From the NCBI GenBank assembly GCA_965279035.1, contig OZ257142.1, positions 2,944,001 through 3,008,000 of the forward strand: a DNA stretch of 64,000 bases, in the 5' to 3' direction. Below are positions 49,165-60,887 of the stretch, in pieces. A model generated the notes under the pieces. The model worked only from the letters and a program-made list of their open reading frames with translations, did not search any database and was not told the DNA's origin. Positions within the stretch are counted from its first letter, which is position 1. The number at the start of each line of letters is the position of its first letter. A program made the position numbers and the translations under genes. This DNA comes from Bacteroidia bacterium. GTDB lineage: Bacteria > Bacteroidota > Bacteroidia > M30B66.

Positions 49165-50877
49165 ATGAATAAACTATACAAACTTTCGCTCGCACTTGTT
49201 ATGGGGGGATTTTCCTTCCAAGCAAATGCACAACGATACCTCACAGAGGTATTCACTGATGCTCAGATTACTATTCAAAATGACGTTCAATACGGAGAAA
49301 ACCTATCAATACAAAATACGGTTTTAGGTGCACTTGCAACACCGCCTCAAAATATTGCGCCTAGTATACTTCCATTGTTAATGGATGTTTATTATCCAAC
49401 CATAGCTGGGGATAATATTACAGAACGCCCTTTAGTTATTTATGCACCAACAGGAAACTTTCTACCTGCAGGTATCAATGGCTCACCTACAGGTAGTCGT
49501 AAAGACAGCTCGTGTGTGAACATGGCTAAACAATTTGCTAAACGCGGATATGTGTGTGCTGTTGTTGATTATCGTTTAGGATGGAATCCATTTTCAACTG
49601 ATCAAATCATTCGTACAGGAACTATTTTGAATGCAGCCTATAAAGGTCAGCAGGATACCAAAGCGGCTGTTCGATTTTTCCGTAATGATCGCGCTACAAC
49701 AAATACTTTTAAAATTGACCCAACTCGCGTAGTGCTTTTTGGAGAAGGTACTGGTGGATATGTAGTGATGGCGCATGCTTTCCTAGATCAACCATGGAAA
49801 ATTGGACGTTTACCTGGATTAGGGGATGATAAATTCCTTCGTACACAAGCTCCCGATTCTTCTGTTATTGATACAACACGTATAGGTAATTTTGATGGAA
49901 CAAATGATATTACTGTTAACTTGATTCCATTTGCTACGAGTGGTAATTTCTTGAAAATAACAGGAAACGTTGCCAATAACCCTGGCTATTCTTCAGATGC
50001 AAATATTGTAATCAATATGGGTGGAGCATTGGGAGATACATCTTGGTTAGATGATGGTCAAATTCCAATGATTGGAATCCATGCTGTACGCGATCCAAAT
50101 GCACCTTATCAAATTGGTGATGTAATCGTTCCTACTACAGGTGACCTTGTTATTCCATTTGCATCTGGAGCAGGATTTAACATTGAAAAAGCCAATGCAT
50201 ATGGTAACAATGCCTCTTTTTCAACACGTATTTATCCTGATGCCATTACTGCTGCTGTAGAATCTCATTATGGACAAAGCATTCCATTTGCAAGTTCTAC
50301 TATCAATATTGGAACTGGAAAAGGTTTGCTTCCTTTCATTCTTCCTGAAGCTTCCATTTATCCATATAATAACGGAAGTCCTTGGCAGTTCTGGAATTCA
50401 GGACAAGCTACTGCAAATTACCCAGTAGTAGTTGGAGGAAATACCATCACAACTCACCAAGCTTCTGCTGCTAGCAATCCTGCAATGGCTACTAGCAATG
50501 AAGTTGGTCGTACTTCTGGATTAACATACATTGATACTGTTCAACGTTATATCAATCCACGTATCGTTTGTGCATTGAATTTAGCTGAATGTAATTTGTT
50601 TGATGCTGAAGGTATCCATGAAATCAACGCTTCTAATAACTTGGTAAGTGCTTATCCAAATCCATCAAACGGAACTGTGATGATTCGTTCTATTGTTGGT
50701 GCTGGTCAATTGAATTCTCTTGCGATGTTCGATCTTACTGGTCGTCAAGTTTTAGTTGAAAGTGGTTTGAAAACATCTACATACCAAATTAACCGTAACG
50801 ATCTTCCTTCAGGTATTTACCTTCTACAGGTTGTTACCGAAAAAGGTCGCGGTACTATCAAATTGATTTTCGAATAA
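49165..50877 (+). CDS. Alpha/beta-hydrolase-fold protein with T9SS C-terminal domain
   Basis: MDVYYP, RGYV...DYRLG, KAAVRFFR; GEGTGG at the elbow; YPNPS CTD. Confidence 0.8.
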   Translation: MNKLYKLSLALVMGGFSFQANAQRYLTEVFTDAQITIQNDVQYGENLSIQNTVLGALATPPQNIAPSILPLLMDVYYPTIAGDNITERPLVIYAPTGNFLPAGINGSPTGSRKDSSCVNMAKQFAKRGYVCAVVDYRLGWNPFSTDQIIRTGTILNAAYKGQQDTKAAVRFFRNDRATTNTFKIDPTRVVLFGEGTGGYVVMAHAFLDQPWKIGRLPGLGDDKFLRTQAPDSSVIDTTRIGNFDGTNDITVNLIPFATSGNFLKITGNVANNPGYSSDANIVINMGGALGDTSWLDDGQIPMIGIHAVRDPNAPYQIGDVIVPTTGDLVIPFASGAGFNIEKANAYGNNASFSTRIYPDAITAAVESHYGQSIPFASSTINIGTGKGLLPFILPEASIYPYNNGSPWQFWNSGQATANYPVVVGGNTITTHQASAASNPAMATSNEVGRTSGLTYIDTVQRYINPRIVCALNLAECNLFDAEGIHEINASNNLVSAYPNPSNGTVMIRSIVGAGQLNSLAMFDLTGRQVLVESGLKTSTYQINRNDLPSGIYLLQVVTEKGRGTIKLIFE

Positions 50878-50895
50878 TTTCTGATTTTGTTTAAG

Positions 50896-50927
50896 AAAGT
50901 CCTGGTGGTAACATCAGGACTTTTTTT
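50896..50927 (+). terminator. Intrinsic terminator
   Basis: AAAGTCCTG...CAGGACTTTTTTT. Confidence 0.7.
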
Positions 50928-50937
50928 ATTTTACCAC

Positions 50938-52701
50938 ATGCAAAGCAAGCGGACACATATCCTATTCATCATTCTTATTCTGCTGTTTGCATTCAGTCGT
51001 TTCATATTTCTCGAGTCCGATCCAGCTTGGTGGAAAAGTACCGACGACATTCATGATGAAGCTTGGTGGGCAGAGAATGTGCGTAGACTTTTTTATGGCG
51101 AACCTTGGCCTGGAGATGCATTTGCCCGCTCATTTGCAGTTGGGCCAATCACTGCATTGATTCATTGGATTCACTTCAAATTATTTGGGTTGAATTTTTT
51201 TAGTTTACGACTCATTGCACTTATTCCAGCAACAGCAAGTGTGATTCTCGTATTATGGAAAAAAATTCCAGGAATTGATAAAACCCAAGGCATTCAAGCT
51301 TCTGCACTGCTTGTTGTTATGCCTATTTTTTGGTCGATGAGTCGTATTGGACATGTGGAAGCATTGCTTAGTTTTATGTTGATTCTCATTGCACTTTTAT
51401 CATTTCATACAAAAGCAACAACTTGGTTTGTAATTGGGATTTTGTTGACTTGTGCACTACTTATCAAACTCTCATTCATTTACTTTCTACCAGCTTTGGG
51501 TTCTTGGTTTCTATACCGACATATTGGAATTAAAAACCTACTTGTTGCATTTGTTACGTTTTTCCTTCTTAGCAGCTTAAGCTATCTTTTTTACTTCTAT
51601 CCTTTCAATCAGGATTTCGAACAATTCAATGCCTATTTTTCAAAGAGCTATTATCCAATCCATCAATTACTCGATCCGAGAGGTTGGTTTATTCGTCTTG
51701 CTTGGCTGCCTGAGAAATTGAGTGTCACAACTCCTATGAATTGTTTATTAATTAGTGGAATTCTTATTCGAATAGGTCAAGGGACTTTGCCTTCAAGAAA
51801 GACTGGATTTGCTTCATTAGCGGCATTGTGCTTATTCTTCCTGCTGTTTTCAGATTTCTCTGATCGAAGAATCCTTGTTTTACTCGTGCTACTTCCATTG
51901 GTACTTGTTGAACCACACGAAAGAACATCAAAAGCTAATTTCAGAACTGCCTTTGCTTGGATTCTTGGAATTCCTTTGTTTACCAGTTTTACAGCGATCA
52001 TTCATCCTGGTAATCCGAATACATTCAATCAGCTATTCGAAAGTATTCCTTGGTTTTTATTGATTTATACAAGTCTTTTTCTTGGAGCATTTTATCTTTT
52101 AAAGAAGTTTAAGTTGGATGCACCATTGATCATATTTAGATCGGGAATTCTATATTGGATTTTGTTATCAATTTATCATAGTTCGATATTTCTTAATCAA
52201 AGCACTCATTGGGGATTTTTACCATGCATGATTGCACATGGTGTAGTGATTGGATTCGGACTTTTAACTGCTTGGAAATTAAACTGGAAATATCAATTCA
52301 GCATTTCATGGGTATCGATAGTCGTAATCACCTCATTAGCAATATTATCAACAGAAATAATTCAACCGCATTTTACATTACGAGAAGCGGCCATTGAAAC
52401 TAGGAATCTTTGCGAAACACAAGGCAATGGAATTGGTCCTGAAACGCTAGTTGAATTGAGTTTGTTAAGTTCGTGTAAGCCTATGTTGTATTTGGATGTT
52501 GCACAAAAACAAAATTCGAAACAATATCATTGGTTTGCTGGTATAACAACACCAAAGGCAAATATGGATTCCTTAAATCGCTTGTTTTTAAACAATGCCT
52601 TTCTTTTATCGGATACAAATGGAATGGTCTTGAAAAAGAAACCTGTATTATGGTCACCAGTAGGTTATCGAGAATCAGTAATATTTCGCTATCATCCTTG
52701 A
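50938..52701 (+). CDS. Polytopic membrane protein, GT-C glycosyltransferase-like
   Basis: HDEAWW loop motif, LFGLNFFSLRL; likely start MQSKRT. Confidence 0.65.
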   Translation: MQSKRTHILFIILILLFAFSRFIFLESDPAWWKSTDDIHDEAWWAENVRRLFYGEPWPGDAFARSFAVGPITALIHWIHFKLFGLNFFSLRLIALIPATASVILVLWKKIPGIDKTQGIQASALLVVMPIFWSMSRIGHVEALLSFMLILIALLSFHTKATTWFVIGILLTCALLIKLSFIYFLPALGSWFLYRHIGIKNLLVAFVTFFLLSSLSYLFYFYPFNQDFEQFNAYFSKSYYPIHQLLDPRGWFIRLAWLPEKLSVTTPMNCLLISGILIRIGQGTLPSRKTGFASLAALCLFFLLFSDFSDRRILVLLVLLPLVLVEPHERTSKANFRTAFAWILGIPLFTSFTAIIHPGNPNTFNQLFESIPWFLLIYTSLFLGAFYLLKKFKLDAPLIIFRSGILYWILLSIYHSSIFLNQSTHWGFLPCMIAHGVVIGFGLLTAWKLNWKYQFSISWVSIVVITSLAILSTEIIQPHFTLREAAIETRNLCETQGNGIGPETLVELSLLSSCKPMLYLDVAQKQNSKQYHWFAGITTPKANMDSLNRLFLNNAFLLSDTNGMVLKKKPVLWSPVGYRESVIFRYHP

Positions 52702-52753
52702 TGCTTGTTTTAGGATGTAGAATTAATCATATTTGTCGGAAGAAGTTTCATTT

Positions 52754-53248
52754 ATGAAAAAAATACTCATTCCTTTCACAGTCCTTTTGTTTACACTGTT
52801 TTTGATTACTCAATCATCCTGTAAAAAAGACAAAGTAAAGGGCTGTATGAATTCTGAAGCCAAAAACTATTCGGCTGATGTAAATGAAGATGATGGTTCG
52901 TGTACATTCAAACGTGATAAATTTCTGGGTTCTTATTCAGGTAAGCGTTTATGCAATACACCAACAACTGATACATTGATTTCTATTTCAGTCACTGCTG
53001 ATGGAAATGAATATTCGAAAATTATCATCAACGATTTTCCTGTAAGTGGTTCCAATGTTCATGCTTCCGTAAATAGTCAAAATGAGTTGCTATTAATTAT
53101 TGCTTCACAAACGATTTCGAACGATTTAGAAACCTATACCATTTCAGGATCAGCTTCTTATTACGAAGATCAAATTGTTTTGAATTATATAACAGACAAT
53201 TTAGGAACCTTGGACACCTGTGGTATTTCGGTAAATAAAATCAAATAA
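52754..53248 (+). CDS. Lipoprotein
   Basis: QSSCKKD lipobox; GCMNSEAKNY...DDGSC...RDKFLG. Confidence 0.75.
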   Translation: MKKILIPFTVLLFTLFLITQSSCKKDKVKGCMNSEAKNYSADVNEDDGSCTFKRDKFLGSYSGKRLCNTPTTDTLISISVTADGNEYSKIIINDFPVSGSNVHASVNSQNELLLIIASQTISNDLETYTISGSASYYEDQIVLNYITDNLGTLDTCGISVNKIK

Positions 53249-53349
53249 TGCAACTCTCCTTACAACTTTTCGTATTCAGTACGATCTTGTTTTTTCTTTA
53301 GTTAGTTTAACAACAAGTTTTACTATCTTTGTGTAGCACGTATTATTTC

Positions 53350-53823
53350 ATGATTCGACCACTTCTATATAAATCTGTTTTCTCTTTGGTAATTTTATCA
53401 TCATTCCTTTTCAGTGGATGTGATAAAAAGCAAGGATGTACTGATCCATTAGCTGAAAACTACGATCCCTCTGCTGAGATTGAAAATGCTACGTGCATCA
53501 CTCAAAGACAAAAGTTTTTGGGATTATATGATGCTCAAGAACAATGCATTATTACAAATACGAATGCTTTCTTTTCTGAAGTTCGTAAGGCAAACGATAA
53601 TCTAACAGACATTCTCATATTTAATTTCAATAATACGTATATCAATCCAGTTAGAGCAACAGTGAACCGAACCACTTTTGTAATTGATCGTCAAGATCCT
53701 GATGGAACTGGTCATGCAATACAAGGAGAAGGTTCAATTCAAGGAAATATTATTACTATTCAGTATAAAATCCGTATCAATGCAGTTGTCAATAACGATT
53801 GTATTGTGAATATGACTAAATAA
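53350..53823 (+). CDS. Lipoprotein, paralog of upstream gene
   Basis: FSGCDKK lipobox; GCTDPLAENY...RQKFLG. Confidence 0.75.
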   Translation: MIRPLLYKSVFSLVILSSFLFSGCDKKQGCTDPLAENYDPSAEIENATCITQRQKFLGLYDAQEQCIITNTNAFFSEVRKANDNLTDILIFNFNNTYINPVRATVNRTTFVIDRQDPDGTGHAIQGEGSIQGNIITIQYKIRINAVVNNDCIVNMTK

Positions 53824-53824
53824 G

Positions 53825-55513
53825 TTAGTCATTTCGAACTGCTTGAATTTCTAATAGATACGTTTTTCTAAGTACATCAGGCCTCTTTTGAGGATTCCCA
53901 AAATTCATACTTAATAAAGCTGCTGGATAATCATCGTTTTTTCGAATGACTTTCCATTGACAGTTACCAGCATCTATTATTTCTTGCAACCCTTCTTCAT
54001 TTGTAAAAAGATAAAATCTCGGATTTCTTTTTAAGAGTGTATCAAGATCCGAAGTGCTTATTTCAATTGCCGTCTTGTGAGTATAAACGTCAATAGAGCG
54101 TGCATTTACTTTAGTGATATAGAGTGGTTGATTTGCTAATCCATTTTCCAACATCCATTTTCCTGTTTGAGAGGAAGATTGGTAATTCAACACTTGAGGA
54201 TAAAACCAAGTTGCCATCAATACATTTACACTCAGTGAGGAAACGAGCGACATCCAAAGGAATTTCGATAATCGCTGTTCAAAATGATGGATCAAAGCCC
54301 AAAGGAAGGCAACAAATCCACCGATTCCGATGAGAATAAGAACTGGGTTAGTGATTGGGAAAAACCATACAAATATGAGCGCTCCAAATCCCCAGCATCC
54401 AAAAAGAACAACAGCTTGTGGAATATTTAGCCAATTAAAATTGAATTTACTTTCGCGCTGTTCAATTTCATGAAGAAAATTAGCAGTCATTACAGCTGCC
54501 ATTGGAAATACTACATAGATGTAATGTGGCAATTTATAGTGAGATGCCGATAATGCTATAAATGGCAACCAAAATCCACCAAAACTTATCCATTCTGATT
54601 TTGACCGTATGAATTCAGTCCAGTTTTTAATTGCTGATTGAATAAATAGAACACCTGCTCCAATGAGTCCTAAGGTCCAAGGCAAAAATGACCAAGCAAG
54701 GCTATGCACAAAGAAGAAAGGACCGGTATCATTCTTCCACACATTTTCACCGGTAATTCGACCAAAGCTTTGTTCCCAAAAGAAAAACCGGATTCCAGAA
54801 ACACCTTGATTTCCATTGACTGTTTTCTCAGGATGTAAATCAAATTGTTGATATAAACCCCAAACCATAGGAGAAAGAACAATAGCGGTAATGAATAAAC
54901 CAATCAGCCATTCCCAACGAAAAATATTCTTCCAATCTCCTTTCAAGAGTAAATGAGTACCTAAAGCCATCACAGGAACTACAATTCCCAATGGTCCTTT
55001 AGCTAGCATGCCAATTCCAATGAAGAAAAATGCTGGAATCCAATAATATCCTCGGCTTTGTCGAATCTGTTCACTTAAAAGCCAGATGGCGGCAATTACT
55101 GCATTCGTAAGGTAAACGTCGGTTCGGACATCGTTTGTAAAATGAAAATAACCTTGTGATGTTGCTAAAATAATGGCAGCCAAAACTGCAGTTCGTTCAG
55201 GATACCAAATGCGAGTAAATCGATAAATGGAATAGATTCCTAAAAGTGCGAAAAGTATAGCTGGGAGTTTAAAAGCAAGCTCCCCTACTCCGAAAATGCT
55301 GTAGAATAAAGCAGTAATCCAAAAAATGAAAGGTGGTTTATCGAGATATTCTTTACCTCGATCAAAAACATGAAGGAAGTCGCCACTGCTGAGCATTTCG
55401 CGCGACATATTTGCATACTGCGCAGAATCTACTTCCATGATATCCACAGGAATCGCCAAGAGATAAACAATAACAGCTAGGGCGACGATCCAAAGTGGAT
55501 GGCGGAACTTCAT
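53825..55513 (-). CDS. ArnT-like GT-C glycosyltransferase
   Basis: [23 protein letters not shown]; likely start MKFRHP overlapping the upstream stop. Confidence 0.88.
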   Translation of the reverse strand: MKFRHPLWIVALAVIVYLLAIPVDIMEVDSAQYANMSREMLSSGDFLHVFDRGKEYLDKPPFIFWITALFYSIFGVGELAFKLPAILFALLGIYSIYRFTRIWYPERTAVLAAIILATSQGYFHFTNDVRTDVYLTNAVIAAIWLLSEQIRQSRGYYWIPAFFFIGIGMLAKGPLGIVVPVMALGTHLLLKGDWKNIFRWEWLIGLFITAIVLSPMVWGLYQQFDLHPEKTVNGNQGVSGIRFFFWEQSFGRITGENVWKNDTGPFFFVHSLAWSFLPWTLGLIGAGVLFIQSAIKNWTEFIRSKSEWISFGGFWLPFIALSASHYKLPHYIYVVFPMAAVMTANFLHEIEQRESKFNFNWLNIPQAVVLFGCWGFGALIFVWFFPITNPVLILIGIGGFVAFLWALIHHFEQRLSKFLWMSLVSSLSVNVLMATWFYPQVLNYQSSSQTGKWMLENGLANQPLYITKVNARSIDVYTHKTAIEISTSDLDTLLKRNPRFYLFTNEEGLQEIIDAGNCQWKVIRKNDDYPAALLSMNFGNPQKRPDVLRKTYLLEIQAVRND

Positions 55514-56235
55514 TTTCGGATAAAGAGATTGTATTTTAAGATGCACCAAATTGCACGGAAACCATCTTTCCAACCGATTTTCTTTCCTTCGGCATAGGTT
55601 CTTCCATAATAGGAAATACCCACTTCATAAATCCGAATGTTAGGGATACGTGCAATGCGAGCAGTAACCTCAGGCTCAAAACCAAAACGCTTCTCCCTTA
55701 GGTTAAGCGATTGTATGGTTTCGCGACGAAAAAGTTTGTAGCAGGTTTCCATATCCGACAAGTTCAAATTCGTGAACATGTTTGATAGGAAAGTGAGCAG
55801 TCGATTTCCGATCGTATGCCAGAAAAATAAGATTCGATGGGGGTTTCCTCCAATAAAGCGACTACCATAAACGACATCAGCAAAACCATCGAGAATAGGT
55901 TTTAACAGGATGAGGTATTCTTGAGGATCATACTCCAAATCGGCATCTTGAATGATGACAAAATCGCCCGTTGCACGTTTGATTCCTGTGTGAAGTGCAG
56001 CACCTTTTCCTGCATTCACTTCGTGTTTTACATACACAATACCTGTTTCAGGATATTGGTCCATATATCGTTGAACCGCTAGTTCTGTATCATCTTTAGA
56101 GCAATCATTCACAATGATTACTTGTTTTTCCATGTTTTCGGGTAAAACAACTGCTCGCACTTTATCCAATATGAAATGGATAGTAGCACCTTCGTTGTAA
56201 GCAGGAATGACGATTGAAAGAATGCGGTTTGCCAT
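55510..56235 (-). CDS. GT2 family glycosyltransferase (polyprenol-phosphate sugar synthase-like)
   Basis: [28 protein letters not shown]. Confidence 0.92.
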   Translation of the reverse strand: MANRILSIVIPAYNEGATIHFILDKVRAVVLPENMEKQVIIVNDCSKDDTELAVQRYMDQYPETGIVYVKHEVNAGKGAALHTGIKRATGDFVIIQDADLEYDPQEYLILLKPILDGFADVVYGSRFIGGNPHRILFFWHTIGNRLLTFLSNMFTNLNLSDMETCYKLFRRETIQSLNLREKRFGFEPEVTARIARIPNIRIYEVGISYYGRTYAEGKKIGWKDGFRAIWCILKYNLFIRK

Positions 56236-56246
56236 GACAAAAAAAT

Positions 56247-56342
56247 GGGTAAGTTACTTATATCGCACCGCTCAACCACCTACCCTTGCTACCTTCCGGT
56301 CCTGGGGGATTTCAGCAGGAGCTGGTCGTACAAGACTTACCC
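56247..56342 (-). ncRNA. ffs: Signal recognition particle RNA (4.5S)
   Basis: Minus strand CAGGACCGGAAGGTAGCA domain IV; terminal GGGTAAGT/ACTTACCC stem; TATTTTTG -7 box at 56347-56354. Confidence 0.92.
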
Positions 56343-56516
56343 GCCGCAAAAATAGGAAAATGAACGTATGAAAGTTTGATATCGCTCTATTTTTTTGAAA
56401 GCGCCTATTATTCAAGTATTTATATTAAGCAGCTAATTAAGCAGTGCAAGAATCAAATGGAAAGGAAGGAATTTCGCATGCTGAAACTGTTATATTTGCC
56501 CCTAAATCAAATTAAA

Positions 56517-57062
56517 ATGGCTCAAATAGTCAATGCTCCCATGATGCCGCCGGCTTCTCGTCATGGTTTTTTTCTGGGACTTTCTTTAGTGATCATGCAA
56601 ACGGTCTTTTATCTAGCAGATATTAAACTAGATTCAGGATTGGGTTATATTTCATACGTAATATTAATTACTGGGCTATTTCTTTCGATACGTAATTACC
56701 GTGATCAACTCAATGGAGGATTTGTATCTTATGGTAAATCCGTTGGCTATGGTGTTCTTGTTTCGCTCATGGCAGGAATCATTTCATCTGTATTTGTATT
56801 TGTACTTTATAAATACATCGATGCTTCAATCATTGATAAATTATTGATTGAATCAGAAGCAAAACTAGAAGAACAAAATTTAGCACCGGAGCAGCTTGAA
56901 ATGGCGATGGAAATGAATCGTAAAATATTCACTCCCTTTGCTATTGCTATCATGTCGGTTATTGGATATGTATTTATGGGACTTGTTTTCAGCCTCGTAC
57001 TTTCAGTGTTTCTCAAAAAAGAAAATGAAAGCAGTGGAACATTCGATAATGATACACTTTGA
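56517..57062 (+). CDS. DUF4199 family membrane protein
   Basis: YRDQLNGGFVSYGK; four TM helices; likely start MAQIVN after TATATTTG box. Confidence 0.8.
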   Translation: MAQIVNAPMMPPASRHGFFLGLSLVIMQTVFYLADIKLDSGLGYISYVILITGLFLSIRNYRDQLNGGFVSYGKSVGYGVLVSLMAGIISSVFVFVLYKYIDASIIDKLLIESEAKLEEQNLAPEQLEMAMEMNRKIFTPFAIAIMSVIGYVFMGLVFSLVLSVFLKKENESSGTFDNDTL

Positions 57063-58006
57063 TGATCGACATTTCTGTTGTTGTTCCACTTTATAACGAG
57101 GAAGAATCCCTTCCTGAACTATGTGCCTGGATTGCCAAAGTAATGCAGGAAAACCAGTTTTCGTGGGAAGTTATTTTGGTGGATGATGGTAGTAGTGATT
57201 CTTCCTGGGAGGTGATCTCCAACTTACAAAAAGAAGATTCACATATTAAAGGCATTCGATTCCGCAGGAATTATGGAAAATCAGGAGCGCTCAATGTTGG
57301 ATTTGAGGCCTGTTCAGGAAATGTGGTTATAACAATGGATGCTGATTTACAAGATAGCCCAGACGAAATACCACAGCTTTATCGAATGATTACCGAAGAA
57401 GGATTTGATTTGGTAAGTGGTTGGAAGCAGAAACGATTTGATCCAATAACGAAGACAGTTCCTACTAAATTATTCAATTGGGCAGCGCGCAGAATGAGTG
57501 GAATTTATTTGCACGATTTCAACTGTGGATTAAAAGCCTATCGTGGTGAAGTGGTGAAAAGTATCGAAGTGTATGGAGAAATGCATCGCTATATTCCGGT
57601 GTTAGCCAAATGGGCAGGATTTAAAAAGATTGGTGAAAAAGTAGTTCAACATCGTGCTCGCAAATATGGAACTACCAAGTTTGGTTGGGAGCGATTTGTA
57701 AATGGCTTTCTCGATTTATTAAGCATCACCTTTGTTTCCCGATTTGGTAAACGTCCCATGCATTTATTTGGTTTGCTTGGGACCTTGAGTTTTATGATTG
57801 GATTTTTTATTGCGGCATATCTCACGTTTGCAAAATTTGCCCATCAAGCCTATAAAATGACCGAACGTCCTTTGTTTTATTTCGGATTGTTCTTTATGGT
57901 TGTTGGAACACAATTATTTTTGGCCGGTTTTCTGGGTGAATTAATTTCACGCAACGGGCATGATCGGAATTCTTATCAAATCAGAGAAAAAACGAGTAAT
58001 TTATAA
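57059..58006 (+). CDS. GT2 family glycosyltransferase (ArnC-like)
   Basis: VVPLYNEEE, VDDGSSD, RNYGKS, MDADLQD; two C-terminal TM helices. Confidence 0.92.
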   Translation: MMIDISVVVPLYNEEESLPELCAWIAKVMQENQFSWEVILVDDGSSDSSWEVISNLQKEDSHIKGIRFRRNYGKSGALNVGFEACSGNVVITMDADLQDSPDEIPQLYRMITEEGFDLVSGWKQKRFDPITKTVPTKLFNWAARRMSGIYLHDFNCGLKAYRGEVVKSIEVYGEMHRYIPVLAKWAGFKKIGEKVVQHRARKYGTTKFGWERFVNGFLDLLSITFVSRFGKRPMHLFGLLGTLSFMIGFFIAAYLTFAKFAHQAYKMTERPLFYFGLFFMVVGTQLFLAGFLGELISRNGHDRNSYQIREKTSNL

Positions 58007-58022
58007 TACTGAGCTAAATAGC

Positions 58023-60887
58023 TCAAGCACTTAATTTTTGAATAACGAGTTCTATCGTATTTCCAATGATTGGAATATGCTTTTTGAGTAAATCTAAATT
58101 ATGCTCTTCAGCAGCCTGTTCTGTTTCGGGTAAGATATCTTTCAAACTGATAATTCCCATGTCTTTGATTGATGGCTTTAAGCGGTGTGCATAAGCTTTC
58201 ATATCTGTATAATTCTCTTCTGCTAAGGCCTTTTTCAATTTTGCTAAAGTATTTGGTACTTCTTTTATGAAAATCGATACCATATGATTTAGAAATTCTT
58301 TGTCTCCCCTACTGAGTTTTTCGAGTTTTGATAAATCGTAAAGAGGAAAATCACTTGCTTGAATTTCAGATTGAACGATTGGTTCAATAGAAGCTGTTTG
58401 AGGCAAAATTTGAACGTCCGTTTTTAATAAACTCGTAATCTTCGCTATCAAATCTTCTTCTTCAAATGGTTTTGCTAAAAAATCGTTCATTCCACTTTCT
58501 TTGCATTTTATCTGCATAGGTAGAAGTACATTCGCTGTTAAGGCGATAATTGGAAATTCATTCCCATAGAGTTCACGAATCCTTCGGGTTGTTTCTAGTC
58601 CATCAATACCGGGCATTTGTATATCCATGAGAATAATATCCGGTTTGAATTGTTTTAATAAATCCAAGGCGATATACCCATCTTCTGCTTCGGTAAGTTC
58701 AATCCCATAAGGCATAAGCATCGAACTTGCAACAATTCTATTCGTTGGATTGTCTTCAACCAAGAGCACTTTTTTGCTTTTTAAATTGAAAATAGAATCG
58801 GGAAGAATGTTTTTTTCTTGTTGAATTGGTGCTGTTGAAATTTCAAATGGAAATTCAATAGTGACAGTAGTACCTGAACCTTTTTGACTACTCAAATTCA
58901 ATTTCCCATCCATCAATTTTACCAATTCACTGGTAATGGTCATTCCTAATCCAGTTCCACCATATTGTTTAGAAACACGTTGATCTTCCTGAGTAAATTT
59001 CTCAAATATTTTATTTAAGAAATCGCCTTCCATCCCAATACCAGTATCAGAGACACTCATCCGAATGAGTTGATTATTTCCTTCCGAACGAATTAAACTG
59101 CATTGAATGGTAATACTTCCTTCACTTGTAAATTTGATCGCATTACTTAATAAATTCATCATGATTTGATTGAGACGCGATGGATCTCCAATTAACCAAG
59201 GTGAAATGCGATTGTCGTAATTATAAAAAATGGCCACCCCTTTTTCTTCCGCTTTATATCCTAAAATATTGACCGATTTTTCTATGGATTCTTTTAAACT
59301 AAATTGAATTTTTTCGATGGTTAATTTGCCCGCTTCCAGCTTAGAATAGTCGAGCACATCATTTAAAATGACCAGTAAATTTTTTGCCGAATTATTAATA
59401 TGATTTAAGTATTTATCTTGAACTGGATCTAATTCTGTTTTTGCCATTAAAGCACCCAAACCAATGATAGCATTCATCGGAGTTCGAATTTCGTGGCTCA
59501 TATTAGCAATAAAGGAATCGCGTGCTATAACCGATTGATCGGCTCGTTCTTTTTCTTCAATTAATTCAGATTGAAGTTTCTTTTGATTGGTAATATCGAG
59601 GTGAATTCCAATAGAACCAATTTGAACACCATCATCATTAAAACGAGGAGCCCCAGAAATAAGCCACCATTTTTCTTCTCCATTTCGAATAGTAACAGGC
59701 ATTTCGTATGCATCTGAAATCCCTTTCTGACGTAAATTAATCTTCTCTTCGATTAATTCATCATGCGAATGAGAAATAAATAATTCAGATGCATTTTTAC
59801 CAATTAATTCATCCAATGAATAGCCACTCATTTTGCAAAAACTTTGATTGGCATATTGAATGGTTTCATCCGTATTGACTTCGAGAATCCCTAGATTCAT
59901 ATTCTCGATAATTGAACGGTATTTTTCTTCTCGCCTACGTAGCTTGTTTTCTTGCGTTTTTCGTTCGGTTATATCCCGGTATTTCCAGAGGTTTCCTCGG
60001 TATTCATCATCAATAAAAAGAGGAATGTAATCACGTTCAAATACGCGCCCATCAGCTAAATCTAATTCTTCATTTACTACAAGTTCTCTTTTTTCTAAAA
60101 GTTGTTTTATTCGTTGAATAAATAAATCAGAATCCAGAAATAATTGAGCAGTTTCTTTTGCTGTATTTTCACAATTTATTCCAATCATTTTTTCGGCTGG
60201 AACTGGAACTCGAAATAATTGACAGAATGTTTGATTCACTAAAGCGATATCTCGGTTTTCGTCTTCCACCAAAACACCCATTTGAATGTTCTCGAGAAGT
60301 CCAGAAAATCGACGTGCAATAATTTTAAATTGCTCCTCAATTACTTTTTGGTAGGTGATGTCGATTGTTTCACCTAGAATCAAAACCGGAACGCCTTGAG
60401 TATCACGTTCAATGATTTGTGCTTTTTCTAAAACCCAACGGTAATCACCATCAACAGTCATTAATTGACAGGTTGTTTGGATTGTATCTTCGAGATGATC
60501 TTCCGAATTAATTAAATCTACTATGATTGAATATCCTTCGGGATTTCCAATAAGACGAAGTTGAGTAATTACTTCATTTAATTCATCATTATGAATTCCG
60601 AATTTTTTACAAAATCCAGGAGAAAAAGAGGCGATTCGGTTTTTTATATCTAAATGCCAAATACCATCACCATCGAAATCAAAGCCTTTCGCTTCGGAGC
60701 GTTTACCACCAGGAGTTGAAAAAGCAACATTGTTTTTTAAGATCCGAGACGCATTTAAAGCAGTAGAAAATTTCTTTTCTAATTCATGAATTCGGCGTTC
60801 GGCTTTTTTTAATTCCGATTCAGCACGAATACGAGATTCTCGTTCGTTAATTAATACTTGCTTTAAATCATCCTCTTGATTTAACAT
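58023..60887 (-). CDS. Cytoplasmic PAS hybrid histidine kinase (PAS-HisKA-HATPase-REC-HPt)
   Basis: MSHEIRTPMN, NAIKFT, GGTGLG, LMDIQMP, AHRLKPS. Confidence 0.93.
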   Translation of the reverse strand: MLNQEDDLKQVLINERESRIRAESELKKAERRIHELEKKFSTALNASRILKNNVAFSTPGGKRSEAKGFDFDGDGIWHLDIKNRIASFSPGFCKKFGIHNDELNEVITQLRLIGNPEGYSIIVDLINSEDHLEDTIQTTCQLMTVDGDYRWVLEKAQIIERDTQGVPVLILGETIDITYQKVIEEQFKIIARRFSGLLENIQMGVLVEDENRDIALVNQTFCQLFRVPVPAEKMIGINCENTAKETAQLFLDSDLFIQRIKQLLEKRELVVNEELDLADGRVFERDYIPLFIDDEYRGNLWKYRDITERKTQENKLRRREEKYRSIIENMNLGILEVNTDETIQYANQSFCKMSGYSLDELIGKNASELFISHSHDELIEEKINLRQKGISDAYEMPVTIRNGEEKWWLISGAPRFNDDGVQIGSIGIHLDITNQKKLQSELIEEKERADQSVIARDSFIANMSHEIRTPMNAIIGLGALMAKTELDPVQDKYLNHINNSAKNLLVILNDVLDYSKLEAGKLTIEKIQFSLKESIEKSVNILGYKAEEKGVAIFYNYDNRISPWLIGDPSRLNQIMMNLLSNAIKFTSEGSITIQCSLIRSEGNNQLIRMSVSDTGIGMEGDFLNKIFEKFTQEDQRVSKQYGGTGLGMTITSELVKLMDGKLNLSSQKGSGTTVTIEFPFEISTAPIQQEKNILPDSIFNLKSKKVLLVEDNPTNRIVASSMLMPYGIELTEAEDGYIALDLLKQFKPDIILMDIQMPGIDGLETTRRIRELYGNEFPIIALTANVLLPMQIKCKESGMNDFLAKPFEEEDLIAKITSLLKTDVQILPQTASIEPIVQSEIQASDFPLYDLSKLEKLSRGDKEFLNHMVSIFIKEVPNTLAKLKKALAEENYTDMKAYAHRLKPSIKDMGIISLKDILPETEQAAEEHNLDLLKKHIPIIGNTIELVIQKLSA

